This document shows positions 27,700-41,810 of a stretch of DNA of 64,000 nucleotides, piece after piece. Where the stretch lies: NCBI GenBank assembly GCA_951406725.2, contig OX597822.1:14508001-14572000 (forward strand), given 5' to 3'. Position numbers and translations under genes: made by a program. The notes under the pieces are model-generated. The model worked only from the letters and a program-made list of their open reading frames with translations. It had not been told where the DNA came from and searched no databases. Origin of the DNA: Octopus vulgaris. Taxonomy: Eukaryota. Each line of letters opens with the position of its first letter. The first letter of the stretch is position 1.

Positions 27700-29300
27700 T
27701 AGTTGTATTGAGTCTATAAATTCATCGCACAGTCCTTAAAACACAATTTTGGCTTATGTTAGGGTCTCGCACCAGACACCATATAGAATTTGTTTAGAGA
27801 TTCTACTGTCATCAAGTCGAATGAGATGACCTCTCCAGCGGGGTCTCTGTTTATGGATGTGAGATTAAATATTGAATGCATCACTAATTTGGAGTACTTC
27901 GGAATCAGGCGTATGTCTACTCTAGAGTACGCCTAGTATATTACAAAATCATCATTTGTGAATTTGATTTAGGACTTTGAGTTGTCTGCAACCGACAACA
28001 TAAGTTTCACGAGAGTAAAGCAGTGTCGGAAAAACGTTTAAACTGTATACTGCAGTGCCATTTTTGAATTCTTTCTGATTCCAAACACCTACTTTGAGAC
28101 TGACAGAAGCCTCAGTTGTCTTTTTGGTACGTGACCCATGTCCAGTGGACATTGCTAGTGATCACACGTCCTATGTATGAACATTTATCAACAACTTTGA
28201 GACTGCGACCATAGACATAACTTGATGGTGCAACGTAAGTTGGTCCGAGTGCTGGTTGAAAAATTACCTCTGTTTCGTCGAGACCTTTGTTGAACCCGAG
28301 CGCTTTAGAAGATCACAAGAGCGCACTCATAAAAGTTTGCGTATATGTTAGTGAATATACTAGAAGGTCACAGTCATCGGCGTATAAAAGATCACGTATC
28401 AGATTCTCAAACTCCTTCGTCTTCGCAGAAATGTTTCGTAAATTGAAGAATTTTCCAGAGGTCTGCTATCTGAAAATAGCATCCCTGAATGCATCACTTA
28501 GCACTATAGAGAAGAAGAAAGGGAAGAGTAGATGCCATGAGATCACACTATTTAACAACATTCTTAACCTTAATTGACTCAATGAAGATACCATCAACAT
28601 TTTGTAAAGCTTCCGAGCTATCCTGAAAAAAATCTTTATGATATCAACAAAGTGACCCGGGCAACACAACTTGATCAGCATCCCCGATAATGCTTCTCTA
28701 CGCCAAAGATTTTGTTGACTACGCCAAAGATTTTGTCATGTTCATAAAATTTTGGAACAACATTTGGCGTTGTTTATAACATTTCTCTTGGACTTGATGA
28801 GCCGTGAAGGTCATATCAAATGATCCTTTGCATGGCATGAAACCACATTGTCATTCTGGCCAAATCAAATTTGTTATCCTGTCAGACTTGATAGGATGAT
28901 TGGGACCGGTAACTCTACCTGTCGCACTAAGCAACGCCGTTCCTCTATAATTTTCGCAACTCTCTCGTAAGCATTTTTTTACGCTGATATTACTATGGCA
29001 TCTTTCCTGTCCTTTGGTACTTTAACGGATCTCTATATTTCCAAAATTAGGTCATGCATAAATTTTACTAATCTCTCGCCGCCAAATTGATTGATCTCTG
29101 CAAGAAATCCATCTCTTTCTGCCACGATTCCGTTTTTCAAAAACTTTGGTCATTAAAGATTTAGATGGTTGGCCTTCGTCCAATGTTTTCTGTAAAAGTT
29201 GATACAAAGTAAGTGTTTGGATCAAAATCTGCACAAATGGTCCGCTTAGATCTAAGAATGGGAGAGATCGTGAGGACACAGAGAATGCATATCTAACAAA
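27700..29300 (-). pseudogene. RTE-clade LINE reverse transcriptase remnant
   Basis: DLLYADDCDL at ~28365-28393; AVYSLNVFPTLLYSRETY; KLCCPGHFVDII; many stops and frameshifts. Confidence 0.75.
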
Positions 29301-29559
29301 CGAAAGGAACATTTCGATGAGTTACTCAACAAGAAGAGCCATAATCAATTCTGTTCTAACCATGACCATCTCGTCACTTCAGGGCATGTGGCAATACATT
29401 AAGCAACATGTTTTTTTTCTTTTGTCAAACAAAGAAGACAGAAAAGAACGTGTGATTAAGGCTGAGAGAATGTTCACTCTTATTTCTTGCAGATCGTGTG
29501 TCTACGATGATGTTCCTTATTGGTTTCTACTTGTTGTTGTTGTTGTTACACATGTTACA

Positions 29560-30970
29560 CATTTCATTAAGAATGAAATGTCCAATTTTCTTCTGCACCA
29601 AGTTTGACAGTTGTTAACTCTAATGTTTTATCCTAACAATTCTTTGTTTTACAACATTGAAGAGTTACATCATCACTTTTCAAAATGCAATTCATGATGT
29701 CTGATTATATTGTGAGTTTTCTCTTGCAAATCAATTCTTGTGAACCCATGCATTGTATTGTTACGTGTGGTGCAAAATAGATTCTTTTTAACAATAGCAA
29801 GTATTGGGTTATCTGGAAAGTTTGCGCCGATTTTTAAAGGAAAGAAAAAGGTCAATAAATACTTGCCATTACATTTTTAATCAACTAAATATGAACCATT
29901 TTGTTGCACAGTGCGTCTCCATCTTTTCTTTAACTTAAAAATACCCTCTTCCCAGAATTGGGGTGGTTTCATAGCAAAGAATTCATCAGGGTATCTTTTT
30001 ACGCCATCCAAGGAATTGAATTTTTTCCCATTTAGACTATTCTGCGGAGACCTGAATAAGTGGAAATCTGAAGGAGCAATATCTGGTGAATATGGAGGGT
30101 AGGGTAACACATCCCAGCCGAATTACAGCAATTTGTGTATGGTTCCCAAAGCATCAAGTGCCGAAAATGATTCTTATCTTCCATTTTAAAGGGTTACAGA
30201 ATTAACACAGGTTATAGGAACATAAACCTTCTTCCACGAAAAGATAGCTTAAACTGTGCTCTAAATGGAGGTGTAGTTAGATCCTATTTTATGGACTCAA
30301 CCATGTTCTAAAATAAGTCGAAAGGTAAGCTACTATAAATCGGCACGAACTTTCCGGACAACCCAATATTTTGCTCGGTGGTTGGACAGAAACGAAGTGC
30401 CAAAACTCAGTACAAAAAAGAATATTCACCAAGAAAAGCTAATGGTGTCTGTTTGGTGGTCCAGCACTGTTTTCATCCACTACAGCTTCTTGAGAACTGG
30501 TAAACGGATGTATACATTAACCAACTGGATGAAATAATGAGTGAACTTGCAATTAAACAACCGAGATTGGTCAACAGAGACAGGCCAATTCTCTAACAAG
30601 ACAATGCTCGACCACATGTTGTACAAAGAACGTTACTCAATTTACAGGAACTAAACTTGGAAGTACTCTGTCATCCACCATATTCACCAGACCTTGCACC
30701 AACTGACCATCACATTTTCCAAGCATTAGACCAGTTTCTGGAAAAGAAAAAAAATTCAAATCTGAAGAAAATGCAAAACAGTCTTTCGCGATTTCATCCT
30801 CTCTTGTTCTCCAGAATTCTTCGCTTCCGACATAAATAAGCTACCGATAAAATGGCAAAATTGTGTTGATAATTTTGGTGAATACTTTGATTAACTGCAT
30901 TGCTTTTTGTTGAGATAAAGTAAAATTAACTTTCAGTTCAAAATCGGACATTTCATTCTTAATTTCCTCA
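29560..30970 (+). mobile_element. Mariner-like element (outer, internally deleted)
   Basis: TIRs attaagaatgaaatgtccaatttt / aaaatcggacatttcattcttaat; KLMVSVWWS and HPPYSPDLAPTDHH motifs. Confidence 0.88.
29804..30366 (-). mobile_element. Mariner-like element (inner, nested, internally deleted)
   Basis: ~30-bp TIRs ttgggttatctggaaagtttgcgccgattt / aaatcggcacgaactttccggacaacccaa; TA on both sides; PPYSPDIAPSDFHLF. Confidence 0.92.
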
Positions 30971-30988
30971 TATATATATATATATACG

Positions 30989-31040
<52 letters not shown>

Positions 31041-31042
31041 TG

Positions 31043-31660
31043 TAAATAAAGAAATGGAGTTAAACGCAGGTGTTATTGAAACCTTTATATTTCCGACATA
31101 TGTTTAGAAAAAAAACATTGATATTATTCCAGAGGGAATAAAATGATGTAAAACAAGGCGATCTTCTCATCAGGGGAAAAAGAGAAACAAAACGCGTAAG
31201 CACGTTTAAAGAACGCGTTTATCGTTGGAAACATTGGTAAAAACATACCTTTAGTTCTTATAAGTAATTCCTACAAATCTATAAAATTCGACCTTTAATT
31301 GTCTTCTTACCTTTCATTTCCACTAAATATATCTATTTCCACACCTTTAAGCTTTATTCCCATTCATCTATCGCACTACATTTCTCCACACTTAGTTTTT
31401 TGTGAGTTTCTTTCTTTCTCCTTCTCTTTTTCTAAAATGCATTTGACGTTAAACCTATTAACGGTTTGTTTTTTTTAAACAACTTGCAGTCATCACATTC
31501 GGTTGAAATGACTTATTGATGTATTTTGTTTCTCGTTTTCCTGATCGCATTTTTTACATCAGTTTATTCCTTCTGAAATGATATCAATGTTTTCTTCGAA
31601 ACATATGTCGGAATATAAAGAATTGAATAACACTTGTGTTTAACTCCATTTCTTTATTTA
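31043..31660. mobile_element. Inverted-repeat element (~140-bp arms) carrying a hammerhead motif
   Basis: 31043-31192 vs 31525-31660; CTGATGA-gaaga and tcttc-GAAACATATGTC-ggaa. Confidence 0.8.
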
Positions 31661-31926
31661 TCTGTTATACAAAGAGATTTCACTAACTTTTTGCTACCCT
31701 GCTAACTATTACATTTTCCCGTATTATTTGTACACATTGAAAAATACACATACATTTATGCACACACACACACACACATATATATATGTAGCTATGTGTA
31801 TGTATATATATATATGCATGTATATATATATGTATATATGTATGTATATCTATATATGTATATATATGTATATCTATATATGTGTGTGTGGATGTGTGCA
31901 CGTGTCCTTATACATAGATATATATG

Positions 31927-31989
<63 letters not shown>

Positions 31990-32019
31990 TATATAGATGA
32001 ATATATATGTATGTATCTG

Positions 32020-32057
<38 letters not shown>

Positions 32058-32533
32058 TATAGCAAAATAATTAAGATTCTAACGAATTCCAATGAATTCA
32101 AATGAATATGGTACTTAACTTAGATGCACCAGAATTCTTTATGGTATTAACCATAAAATAATTTGGGGTGATTATAACCAAGGAAAAAAGCAACAAGAAT
32201 GGATCAGTAGTTTAGTACAACTGTTTCGTACTAAGAACATTTTATTTAAAGCTACAAATATTGCAGCAAATACAATGTCCAGTATTCATCAGCTAAATCA
32301 CATATATGTTTTCCAGACATCCTAGAGAATGGCTGCAGTCAAATGAGTGAAACAAGTAAGATAATATTGTTAGATTACAAAGAAGCAGGAATTGCGTCAT
32401 CAATTTCATTAGCTTACAGAAGTTTCTGCTATAAGAAGCAATGTTCTTAGACCTGAGTTGTACAGCATGTTATGATTTCGTCGGAGATATTAACATGAAG
32501 TGCATGTTCATTTTGGAAAGCATTTAAAAGCAT

Positions 32534-32912
32534 ATTTCGTTTTTGGATTTGGTTTGCAAGATTCTTTATATGAGTTCGTGTGTTGAAGCATATTCTGTTG
32601 TGTCTGGGGAGAGTCATTCTCTTTTAGTGCCTTATTATTTAACACACTCACCGGTAGAATTTCCACTTTTTTTTCTTATTTTTATTTTCCTAAAATTTTC
32701 GTTGCGTCTTGCAACCTTTTCAATAGTTTTGTCTCTGTCCGTTAGGGAACGCAGTGTAATTAACGGACAGAGTCAAAACTATTGAAAAGGTTTGCAAGAC
32801 GCAACGAAAATTTTAGGAAAATAAAAATAAGAAAAAAAAGTGGAAATTCTACCGGTGAGTGTGTTAAATAATAAGGCACTTAAAGAGAATGACTCTCCCC
32901 AGACACAACAGA
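32534..32912. mobile_element. Young foldback element (~153-bp arms, 16-nt loop) with 12-bp flanking direct repeat
   Basis: 32592-32744 vs 32761-32914; atttaaaagcat at 32522-32533 and 32913-32924. Confidence 0.92.
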
Positions 32913-33626
32913 ATTTAAAAGCATGTAAATATGTATAAATATATATATATATTTATATATATATGTATCGAAACACATACTCATACAAATATCTGCATAC
33001 GTGTGTATGTGTTTGTGTGTATATATGCATGTATGTATGTGCATCTGTGGTGTGTATGTTTGCGTATGTCTACAAGAAAACCGGTTATTGTTATCATTTC
33101 GGAATAGAGCATTTAGATAACAATAACCAATAATTAATAATGAGTAGACGCTATAGCCGACATATCTGGCACTCTCTAATTTTCATAAGAGACATCTATA
33201 TTATAACGTACACACACAAATGCATATAGACATGCGAACACATTCCTCATTTGACAACAAACAGGTTCCATTACAGCGGCCCAGAATAGACATAAGTCAC
33301 AATACAGCTCCGTATACCGTACTGTAATCTTTTGAAAATGTAATCTGAAATCGGCAAAGTGTATTTTTGTATTTAAAAATAAAATTTCGGAGATGTATTT
33401 GCATAGCAAGTGACCTAATCTGAGATCGTGTGCTGGAACGAAAACAACTGCAGCATGGAATATATTTATAAGCCATTTAAAAACACACAAAAACCGTTAG
33501 ATTTACTTCAATATTTAAATTTAATCTGCCAAAATATAATTTAATTCTAATTAATTCTAATATATTCTTTGTGCATTTTCAGCTTCATTTTATCTATTCC
33601 TCCGCCTGTTTTGTTTAATAATCATT

Positions 33627-33705
<79 letters not shown>

Positions 33706-34264
33706 ATAGATACACACACATGCACACAAACACACACACACACACACATGCGTATGTGTGTATATATATATGCACACAGTTTATATATATAAACACGGCA
33801 CACAATATCTATGAAATATATAATATAAAGACCCTAACAATGCGATGAATAGAATAACAACACCATGACCGCTGAGACAAACCACCTGAAAATTTACAAC
33901 TACTACTGCTACTACTACTACTACTATTACTACACGTCTGTAAACATCAGGCGTGTGCCATCGATGAACGTCCGTCAAGTAAGATAAGAACGTGTCTTTG
34001 GAGCGAACTCAGAGTAAACTTGGAGTGTGTACACACGTCACCACTTTTGTTTTCAATTTCTCTGCAAAAGCAATTGTTTTGTAACTCTTTTCTATAAGGC
34101 ACACACACATAGACAGATAAAGACACACACAGAGACTCAAGCTGACACATACATGAGAATATATACACCCAAACCCACGCACATGTATTAATATAATAAT
34201 ATAAATAGTAGATATAAAAGCAAAGGTGATCCAATATATGTGTCGAGCTGTGTGTGTATGTATG

Positions 34265-34300
<36 letters not shown>

Positions 34301-34585
34301 TATGTGTGTGTATGTGTGTATGTGTGTGCGTGCGCGCGTGGATAAATAAATAGATACATATATACATAGGTACATACATGTGTATATGCCTGTATGAATG
34401 ATGTATATATGTGTATATATAAATATTTATATATGTATGTTTATCAAGCTATCACATAGATGTGCATACGCACACACATATGAGTGTGTGTGTGTGTAGG
34501 CGTACATATATACACAAACACATACACACACACATACACTCTCTATATATAAATATATTATATATATATACACATATGTATATAG

Positions 34586-34740
34586 GTGCAGGTGTGGTTG
34601 TGTGGTAAGGAGCTCGCTTCACAACCACATGGTTCCAGGCTCAGTATCTGCGTGGCACCTTCGGCAAGTGTCTTTTTCTATAGCCTCGGGACGACCGAAG
34701 TCTTATGAGGGGATTTCGTAGACGGAAACTGGAAGAATAT
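34586..34740 (+). mobile_element. SINE-C 5' half
   Basis: gtgtggtaaggagctcgcttcacaaccacatggttcc..gtagacggaaactg. Confidence 0.8.
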
Positions 34741-34743
34741 ATA

Positions 34744-35600
34744 CATGATGCGGTGAATAAACTGTCGTCTAAATTACACAAAAAGGAAAATGACACTGAC
34801 ATCTCATTTTTAACAGATATATTTATCAAAATTGCATATCTTGAAATTCAATAAAATAGCCATTGGATTCAACCACGACCTCCACACCACTTCAGAATCT
34901 CCTGCGACTCTTCTGGAGAGTCTCGTTGTTTAAGTTGATGAATGCTACCATAATTCTTGCTTTCAGTTCATCTTTGGTATTACAAGGAGTTTTGTTGGTC
35001 TCTCGCTCAGCTACACCCTACACATAATAACCAAGGTGGTTGCAGTCTGGGGAGTTTGGTGGCCAGATGTTAGGGGTGATGGAATTGCTTCACAGCTATG
35101 ACTGGGTTCTCCTGCTTGTGTGGCATGGTGCAGAATTCTGTTGCTAGACATAGGGTCATCCAGGAGCCATCCTCTTCACCCGGAGCAGCACTACCTCCTC
35201 CAGGCACTTGATGTAGGTCTCCGTGTTGAGTGTGAGATCGTGTGGGGAGATGAATGGAGCCGTAACGTCGCCATTATTAGTGATCACTCCAAACACCATG
35301 ATATTGACTGGATATTTGATTTTTATCACTCTCGGTACATGTCCTCAGATTGCACTGTCCTCAGATTGACACCCAAACACTCTGAAACGTTCGCATTGGA
35401 GCTTCCTGCGCAAATACTAAACAGTACAGCATGTCGTTTCCATCTTTCTGGCAGAGTGAATTACGTCATGGCGTTGTTTTTCTCACGGACGGTGCCCAAC
35501 TGACCCTACTACACTGTGTAGTCGACAACATCAAAATTAAACAATGCACATGCGTGCAATTAAAAATATAAAATGGCGACATTTTACCCATCGCAGCCTG
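34744..35600 (-). mobile_element. Tc1/mariner DD37D(maT)-like element, internally deleted
   Basis: QQNSAPCH and WPPNSPDCNHLGYYV*G on the minus strand; imperfect ~25-bp TIRs. Confidence 0.75.
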
Positions 35601-37139
35601 TGTGTATGTATCGGTCCATTAGTAATATATTTAACAGAAAAGGTGTTTCTCTGTATGTCCTGTTACGCATGCCCAGTGATACACATTAACCGGTTATAGC
35701 GTTTTCCAGACCGAAGTATATGTTTATGCGCATGCCCGAAGACAAAAATTACCGTCAGCGCTATTTGAAATTTTTACTTCGGGGATCCAACCTTACGATC
35801 GATTCATACAATTTGATTTGCTTTTTTGAAATAAGACACCTAAAGATTGTTATTGCATAGTGTTTACTCTCCGATTCTTTGACTCTAATAATATTTCCTT
35901 TTTCTCGTTCCTTCGTAGGATGAGTAGTTTTTATTAAAGCTTATCTTTTGTTGTCTGTTATTTTTTCAGTGAATATATCTTATTAATTCATCATTGTTTT
36001 TGTGTGTTTTTTAATATTAAATGTCCGTTCTGTTAATAACTGCTTTGTAGTATTTCATCTTCTTTGTCTATGCTTTAAATTTTTATATTTTACTCTGATG
36101 CATCACCTCTATATGTTCGTTCAACATGCTAGAAATACCAACCAAATCACCCTCTCTTCACACCTTTTGAAATACTTAAGGATCTCGGAGATGAAATTGA
36201 AAATTATATCAATGGTCGCTATGTATCCTTATCAAAGCAGTCTGGAGGATTTAGGGTTCAAATTACAGGGTTCATATCCTGCAGTCCACAGCTTACATTT
36301 CATTTGCCCCAACAGCAATACATTCACTTCCATGGCGATTATGATATTGAACATGTTATCCACACACATGACAGGTCCACTCTCACTGAATGGATGAGAG
36401 TTAACCGGGACTCACCAGCTAACTCATTTCCAAAATTGAGTATTGATTGTATATGCCATATTTTGCGGGGTTTTGCCCCGTCATATTTGGGTGTATGTGT
36501 GTCTGTGTGTGTTTGACTGATTTTCATGCAAGTTAGAGTCTTGTTGGCCCAAAGTACGAACCTAATCCGTCAGGCATCTGAAACCGACTAAATTAACATG
36601 ATGCAGAAGGTAAGATTTTTTTTTATTGCTGTAACCCTTTCTTGATTCTTTGAATAATTACATGGAAAAACGTAGCAAACACCAAACGTACACATCCTCA
36701 CTAAGAAAACAAAGAACATTTATAAGACAGACACGTCCATGCAGAGAAGACTTCTTACAAGCTCAACCAGCAAAACAGAGTAGAAATCGAACATCTCTAT
36801 ATTGAATGACATAAACAGGGAATCAAAACAGTTAACCACTCTTATAAATATAGAGGACTGTACAGTACGCTTGCCACGCGCCCTTCAAAACACGCTTAAG
36901 GGTCAGTACCCATCTTCCTTTCTAACCCTAACCCTAACCCTAAATGTTGGTTGATTAACCTACCAATGAGCGAAGTAGACATAGTAAGTTAGTATATTCT
37001 CAATACAACCAACTCCGATATTAGAAGTGCAAAGGGTTTTTTTTTATCCGATGGGATTGTAGCACTGCAGTATCAACTGGTTCTGCAGCATCAAGAATAA
37101 AGCAGCTTTCGGTTCCACCCTGTTGACACACCAAATTTT

Positions 37140-37480
37140 CTAAGTTTTTAAGTACTGGATTAAACATTGAACCTTTGACATTTACATTTATCAAAACGAA
37201 AGAGTAAATCTAATGAAACCTAAAATAACTAAAGCTACTGGCGTATCCCAGACCTACCAACATCCTTTTTTTTTAATATCTAAAACAGAATCTCATGATT
37301 TGAAAGGGAAGCATCTAAATATACACAGCTGCTTACAAACTTCCACATACATGAAGAAATTCTAAACAATAAGGCAACCCCAAATTTAATCAATAAAAAT
37401 TTCTCCAATACACCTTTTCGTAACAACCCACTGAAAAACCTAATTGCCATTCCACTCAAACCCACATACCCAAGTAAGAT
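37140..37480 (+). pseudogene. Possible Penelope-like RT C-terminal remnant
   Basis: Broken peptide traces (FEREASKYTQLL, NLINKNF); weak. Confidence 0.3.
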
Positions 37481-38160
37481 GTTAACTTAACAGAGAATAT
37501 AGAAACCCAAGAGCTTGCTGATTGTGGAATATTTGGAAATTTCTAGTAATAGATTTTTTTCAATCCATTTATATGTATGACATCTATGTTTTTTGAAGAA
37601 GATTAACCTCGAGAGGATTCTTGACTGCTTCTGCTACTTCTGTATCGTCAGCATAGACAGTAACAGAGCTGTCAGTATAACTGACTGAATGTCCGAGAGT
37701 GTCACCACAAACAGTAGCGGTTCTACGACAGTTCTCTGAGGCACTCCCCTCGCAGTTGGTGTCTCCCTGGAGAGGGCTCCATTGGATACCACAGCCTGGA
37801 TTCTATCTCATCAGAAGTCATTTAACCATTCTCCTAGGCTTCCGACTAAGGCGAGGTCCTGTAGCTTGTTACCCATCATCCTGTAATCAACCTTATCAAA
37901 GGCCTTTGCAAAATCGATATATATGACATCCATGTTTGAGCAATTCATTAGTCGTTTCAGCATCCTGACATAAGGCTGAAGAAGCTGTTTAAGGCAGCCT
38001 CTTTCTGACCGGAAGCCATGTAAGAGAGCAAGTCATTATCTTCTAGGAACATGACCAGCCTCTTTCTGACAATTCATTCCATGACTTTTTTTTTAAATGT
38101 GAGGATAAAGAGGCAGGCCTATAAGTTTCAAAATCTGCTTTGCTTCCTCGTTGGACATAT
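37480..38160 (-). pseudogene. CR1/Jockey-group LINE RT remnant
   Basis: YIDFAKAFDKVDY, GVPQRTVVEP, VYADDTE. Confidence 0.8.
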
Positions 38161-39057
38161 TATGTAATATCTGGAAGAGAGTTTACAGTGATCTTGCTTA
38201 TTTCTAGAAGGATTAATAAGAATCCAACAAGGCCAGTAACTGAGTTTAAGCTTTCTTCACCAATGCCCAATATTACATCAGATTCCGTTATTTCGAAGTA
38301 ATCGATAATTTCTAGAATTTCATGTAAGGCTGTGGTGCCGAAGAACTTATCAGGAATAGCTATGTAAATATTCCAACGGAGAAACGAAAACACGTTTGTA
38401 CTGCATATACAGTAGTTCACTTAATCATTTGGGTTTCCCCAATCAGAGAGCCATTTTCTTCGAATTTTTACGTACTGAAGCAGACATTTTTGCAGATCTG
38501 TACACGGCTTTGCGGGACTTTCTTCTCACTAACACACACACACACACACATACACACACATATGTAGCTATATATGTACATATACACCTACGTACATGCG
38601 TACATATTAGATTCGCTGTCTTATTTAAGTAACAAAATCAATCTGTATTTAGTAATATTAATTGAAACGCCCACCTCATTCGCCTGTCCGCCTCAAGTAC
38701 TCACCAACACCAATATCTCCCCCAGCAAAAAACTAAGGTGTACACACATAAAAACCTTCATGAACCTTCAGCTGTGTAAGATATAGGGTACGGAGAGCTG
38801 TGCGGCTGGGGGGGGGGGCTATAAATTCAAATATGGCGCGTGACTTACATAGCGAACGAAGTTTCTGCTATCGTGGGAAACATTTAAATACTCGTAACAA
38901 TCCTAATGATCTTTCTCCTTCTCTCTCCTTCTCCGTACACATATATATATGTGCGAGTGTGTGAGTGTGTTTGCGTGTGTGTTTATGTGTGCGAACTTGT
39001 TTCTGAGCGTTTTCAGGGATACATGCACGCACTATATTTATATGTTTGTATGTATGC

Positions 39058-39108
<51 letters not shown>

Positions 39109-40152
39109 TAGATAGGTATAGGTATAGATATAGATATAGATATAGATATATATGTGCGTGTAACTATACCTACACGGTATCATGCTACACACACACACAT
39201 ACATATACTTATGTGCATGTATATATATATATATATATATATATATGCATGCACATACAAAGATATATATATATGTAATACGCGAGTGTGTCATTGTGTG
39301 TATTTGCGTGTCTGTGTCTGTGTCTGTCTGTGTGATGGTGGGGTGGGAGTCGTACGCATGCGTCCGTATTTGGTCGTTTGTACGTCGTGTGCTGAGAATC
39401 TCTCAATGTCGTCAGTCACAAGCAACGCATAACAATAACAAATGGAATAAGAGCAATAAAGGGAGCAGCAGCAGCAATGACAATTGCAATAACAGAAAGA
39501 AACAAAACTACCCATCGTCCCCCACCCACCTTTCCCCAATGTTCTCAACTATATTAAGCTCTCTCGATCTTACCGCCGCCGCCGCCGCCACCACCACCAC
39601 AACCGCCGCCATTTCCACCTCAACCACCACAACCTCCCACTCCCCACCTCCAGCCGTTCGTTGTGGTTAAGTGAAGCTTGTTAGCTTTTACGGTCTTTTT
39701 TTAATATTCTTTTCGGTAAAAGACACTGAAGAATATTACGAATGAAATGGTAGTGGTGGCGATGGTGGTTAGGGTTGAGCCGTAATGGTGGTGGTGGGAC
39801 GTCACAGGGAGTTTTATTGAGCCACTGTTGCTCCCTTATTCATTTATCTTTTTGTTCCCTCATTTTTTAAGGTTGATGTTGGGCTGGGAGTATTATCTTG
39901 TCATTTGTTTCTCGAAAATCATTTAAAAAATCGTTGAAGAGCATCCTAGCACCACCACCGCCGCCTCCACCACCACCACCATAATCATTATCGTCATTAT
40001 CAACTGGAACCGATTTCAAATCTCGGCTGAAGTCACGTTTGCCTTCCACCCTTCTGGAGATTATAAAATAAAGTACCAGTCAAAGAACGCGGTCGATGAT
40101 ATTAACCTTCTCTCCTACCGAAATTAGAATGCAATGTTGTATTTATTTATTG

Positions 40153-40530
40153 TGGAGGTGCAATGGCTCAGTGGTTAGAACAGCGGATTCGAGGTCGTAG
40201 GATCGCGGTTTCGAGTCTCAAACCGAGCGTTGTGAGTGTTTATTGAGCGAACACACTTAACACTCCGCGAGGCTCTGGAAGGTGGTGGTGGTGGCAAACC
40301 CTGCTGTACTCTTTCACCACAACTTTCTCTCACTCTTCCTGTTTCTGTTGTACCTGTATTTCAAAGGGCCAGCCTTATCACACTATGTGTCATGCTGAAT
40401 CTCCCTGAGAACTACTTTAAGGGTACACGTGTCTGTGGAGTACTCAGCCACTCGCACGGTAATTTCACGAGCAGGCTATTCCAGTGATCGGATCAACAGA
40501 AAGCCTCGTCGTCGTAACCGACGGAGTGCC
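40153..40530 (+). mobile_element. SINE-B, full length
   Basis: tRNA-like head ggaggtgcaatggctcagtggttag..ggtttcgagtctc; tail cgtaaccgacggagtgcc. Confidence 0.88.
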
Positions 40531-40568
40531 ACAATTTATTTTTTGTTACATACTCTTTCATGAAGATG

Positions 40569-40732
40569 CCATATTTTAACGTGTATAAGGAACCCCTTAA
40601 TTTTGGGGGTTTAAAATTTAGAAAAATGCTTTTGTAAGGGATTATAATACTATCCATGTATAAATAACTCCCATATTTTTTTAACCTAATTTTTGACAAG
40701 AAAGGGCTCGCTATGCAGGTTGAAATACGCTA
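40569..40732. mobile_element. Possible pogo/Tc2-like MITE
   Basis: Imperfect ends ccatattttaacgtgtata / tatgcaggttgaaatacg. Confidence 0.35.
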
Positions 40733-41264
40733 TATTTTATGAGAGACGAAACAAATCATAAAACTGAAAGTTTTAAAAGTGACGAGATTCAGTGGACACT
40801 ACATGGTTTCGTTCTGCCTTGATCCCAAAGACTCAGAGGGCCGCAGCTTAGCCCAGTTTCCAGAGGATATAAATGATTACAACAGTCCACTCCTGATTTG
40901 GACACCAGTCCATTGCAGGAATAACTTCCCCGCTATTGATGGAACTCATTTACAGCTGTGTGGACTGGAGCGGCATGAAATGAAGTGTTTTTCTGGTTAC
41001 GGAATTGAAACCAAGACCTTAGAATTGTGAGTGTGATACCCCACCCACTAATCCATGAGCCTTCACAGACACTTTAAAAATAAAGGGTTAGGAAAATCTC
41101 AAGTTAGGCAAACTTTGCTTAGATTTACAGCTTCCTTTAAAGCTGTTCTTTTCCGTTCCTTCATCTGTCCTCACTTGCCAAGATTTCCTTGCCTTTGGAG
41201 CCCTAGAGACTTCTCACGAAAATCTTGTGCTCGGAGAGACCCGGTGGGGAAACGCTGGTAAATT

Positions 41265-41470
41265 TATTATCTTTTCTACTCTAGGCACAAGGCCCGAAAC
41301 TTTTAAGAGTTGGGGGTCTGTCTATTAAATCGACCACAGTACGTAGCTGGTACTTAATTTATCGATCCCGAAAGGATGAAAAGCAAAGTCGACCTCGGCG
41401 GAATTTGAACTCAGAACGTAGCAGCAGACGAAATACCTATTTCTTTACCCACAAGGGGCTAAACACTTTT
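41265..41470 (-). mobile_element. 5'-truncated composite SINE-A (Tx1-type tail, partial monomer, second tail)
   Basis: Minus strand gccccttgtgggtaaagaaataggtatttcgtctg..ggccttgtgcctagagtagaaaag. Confidence 0.8.
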
Positions 41471-41501
41471 GTTCCAACCGAATATATACGCATGTCTGTG
41501 A

Positions 41502-41605
<104 letters not shown>

Positions 41606-41620
41606 GTATATATATATATG

Positions 41621-41654
<34 letters not shown>

Positions 41655-41810
41655 TATACATGCACGCGCACATGCATATACATATGCATAAGCAGTCACA
41701 CATCAATAAATTATGTAAGTATACATATAGTTTCTCTCTCTACCTGTGCATATCTACCTATCTATCTATCTATCTATCTACCTATCTATCTATCTATCTA
41801 TCTATCCATC

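Noticed and set aside
36922-36942. (CCCTAA)3 telomere-like repeat
   Set aside because: Only three units; common inside interspersed repeats
40153-40230. tRNA-like sequences at SINE heads
   Set aside because: They continue into SINE bodies with no intact cloverleaf or terminator
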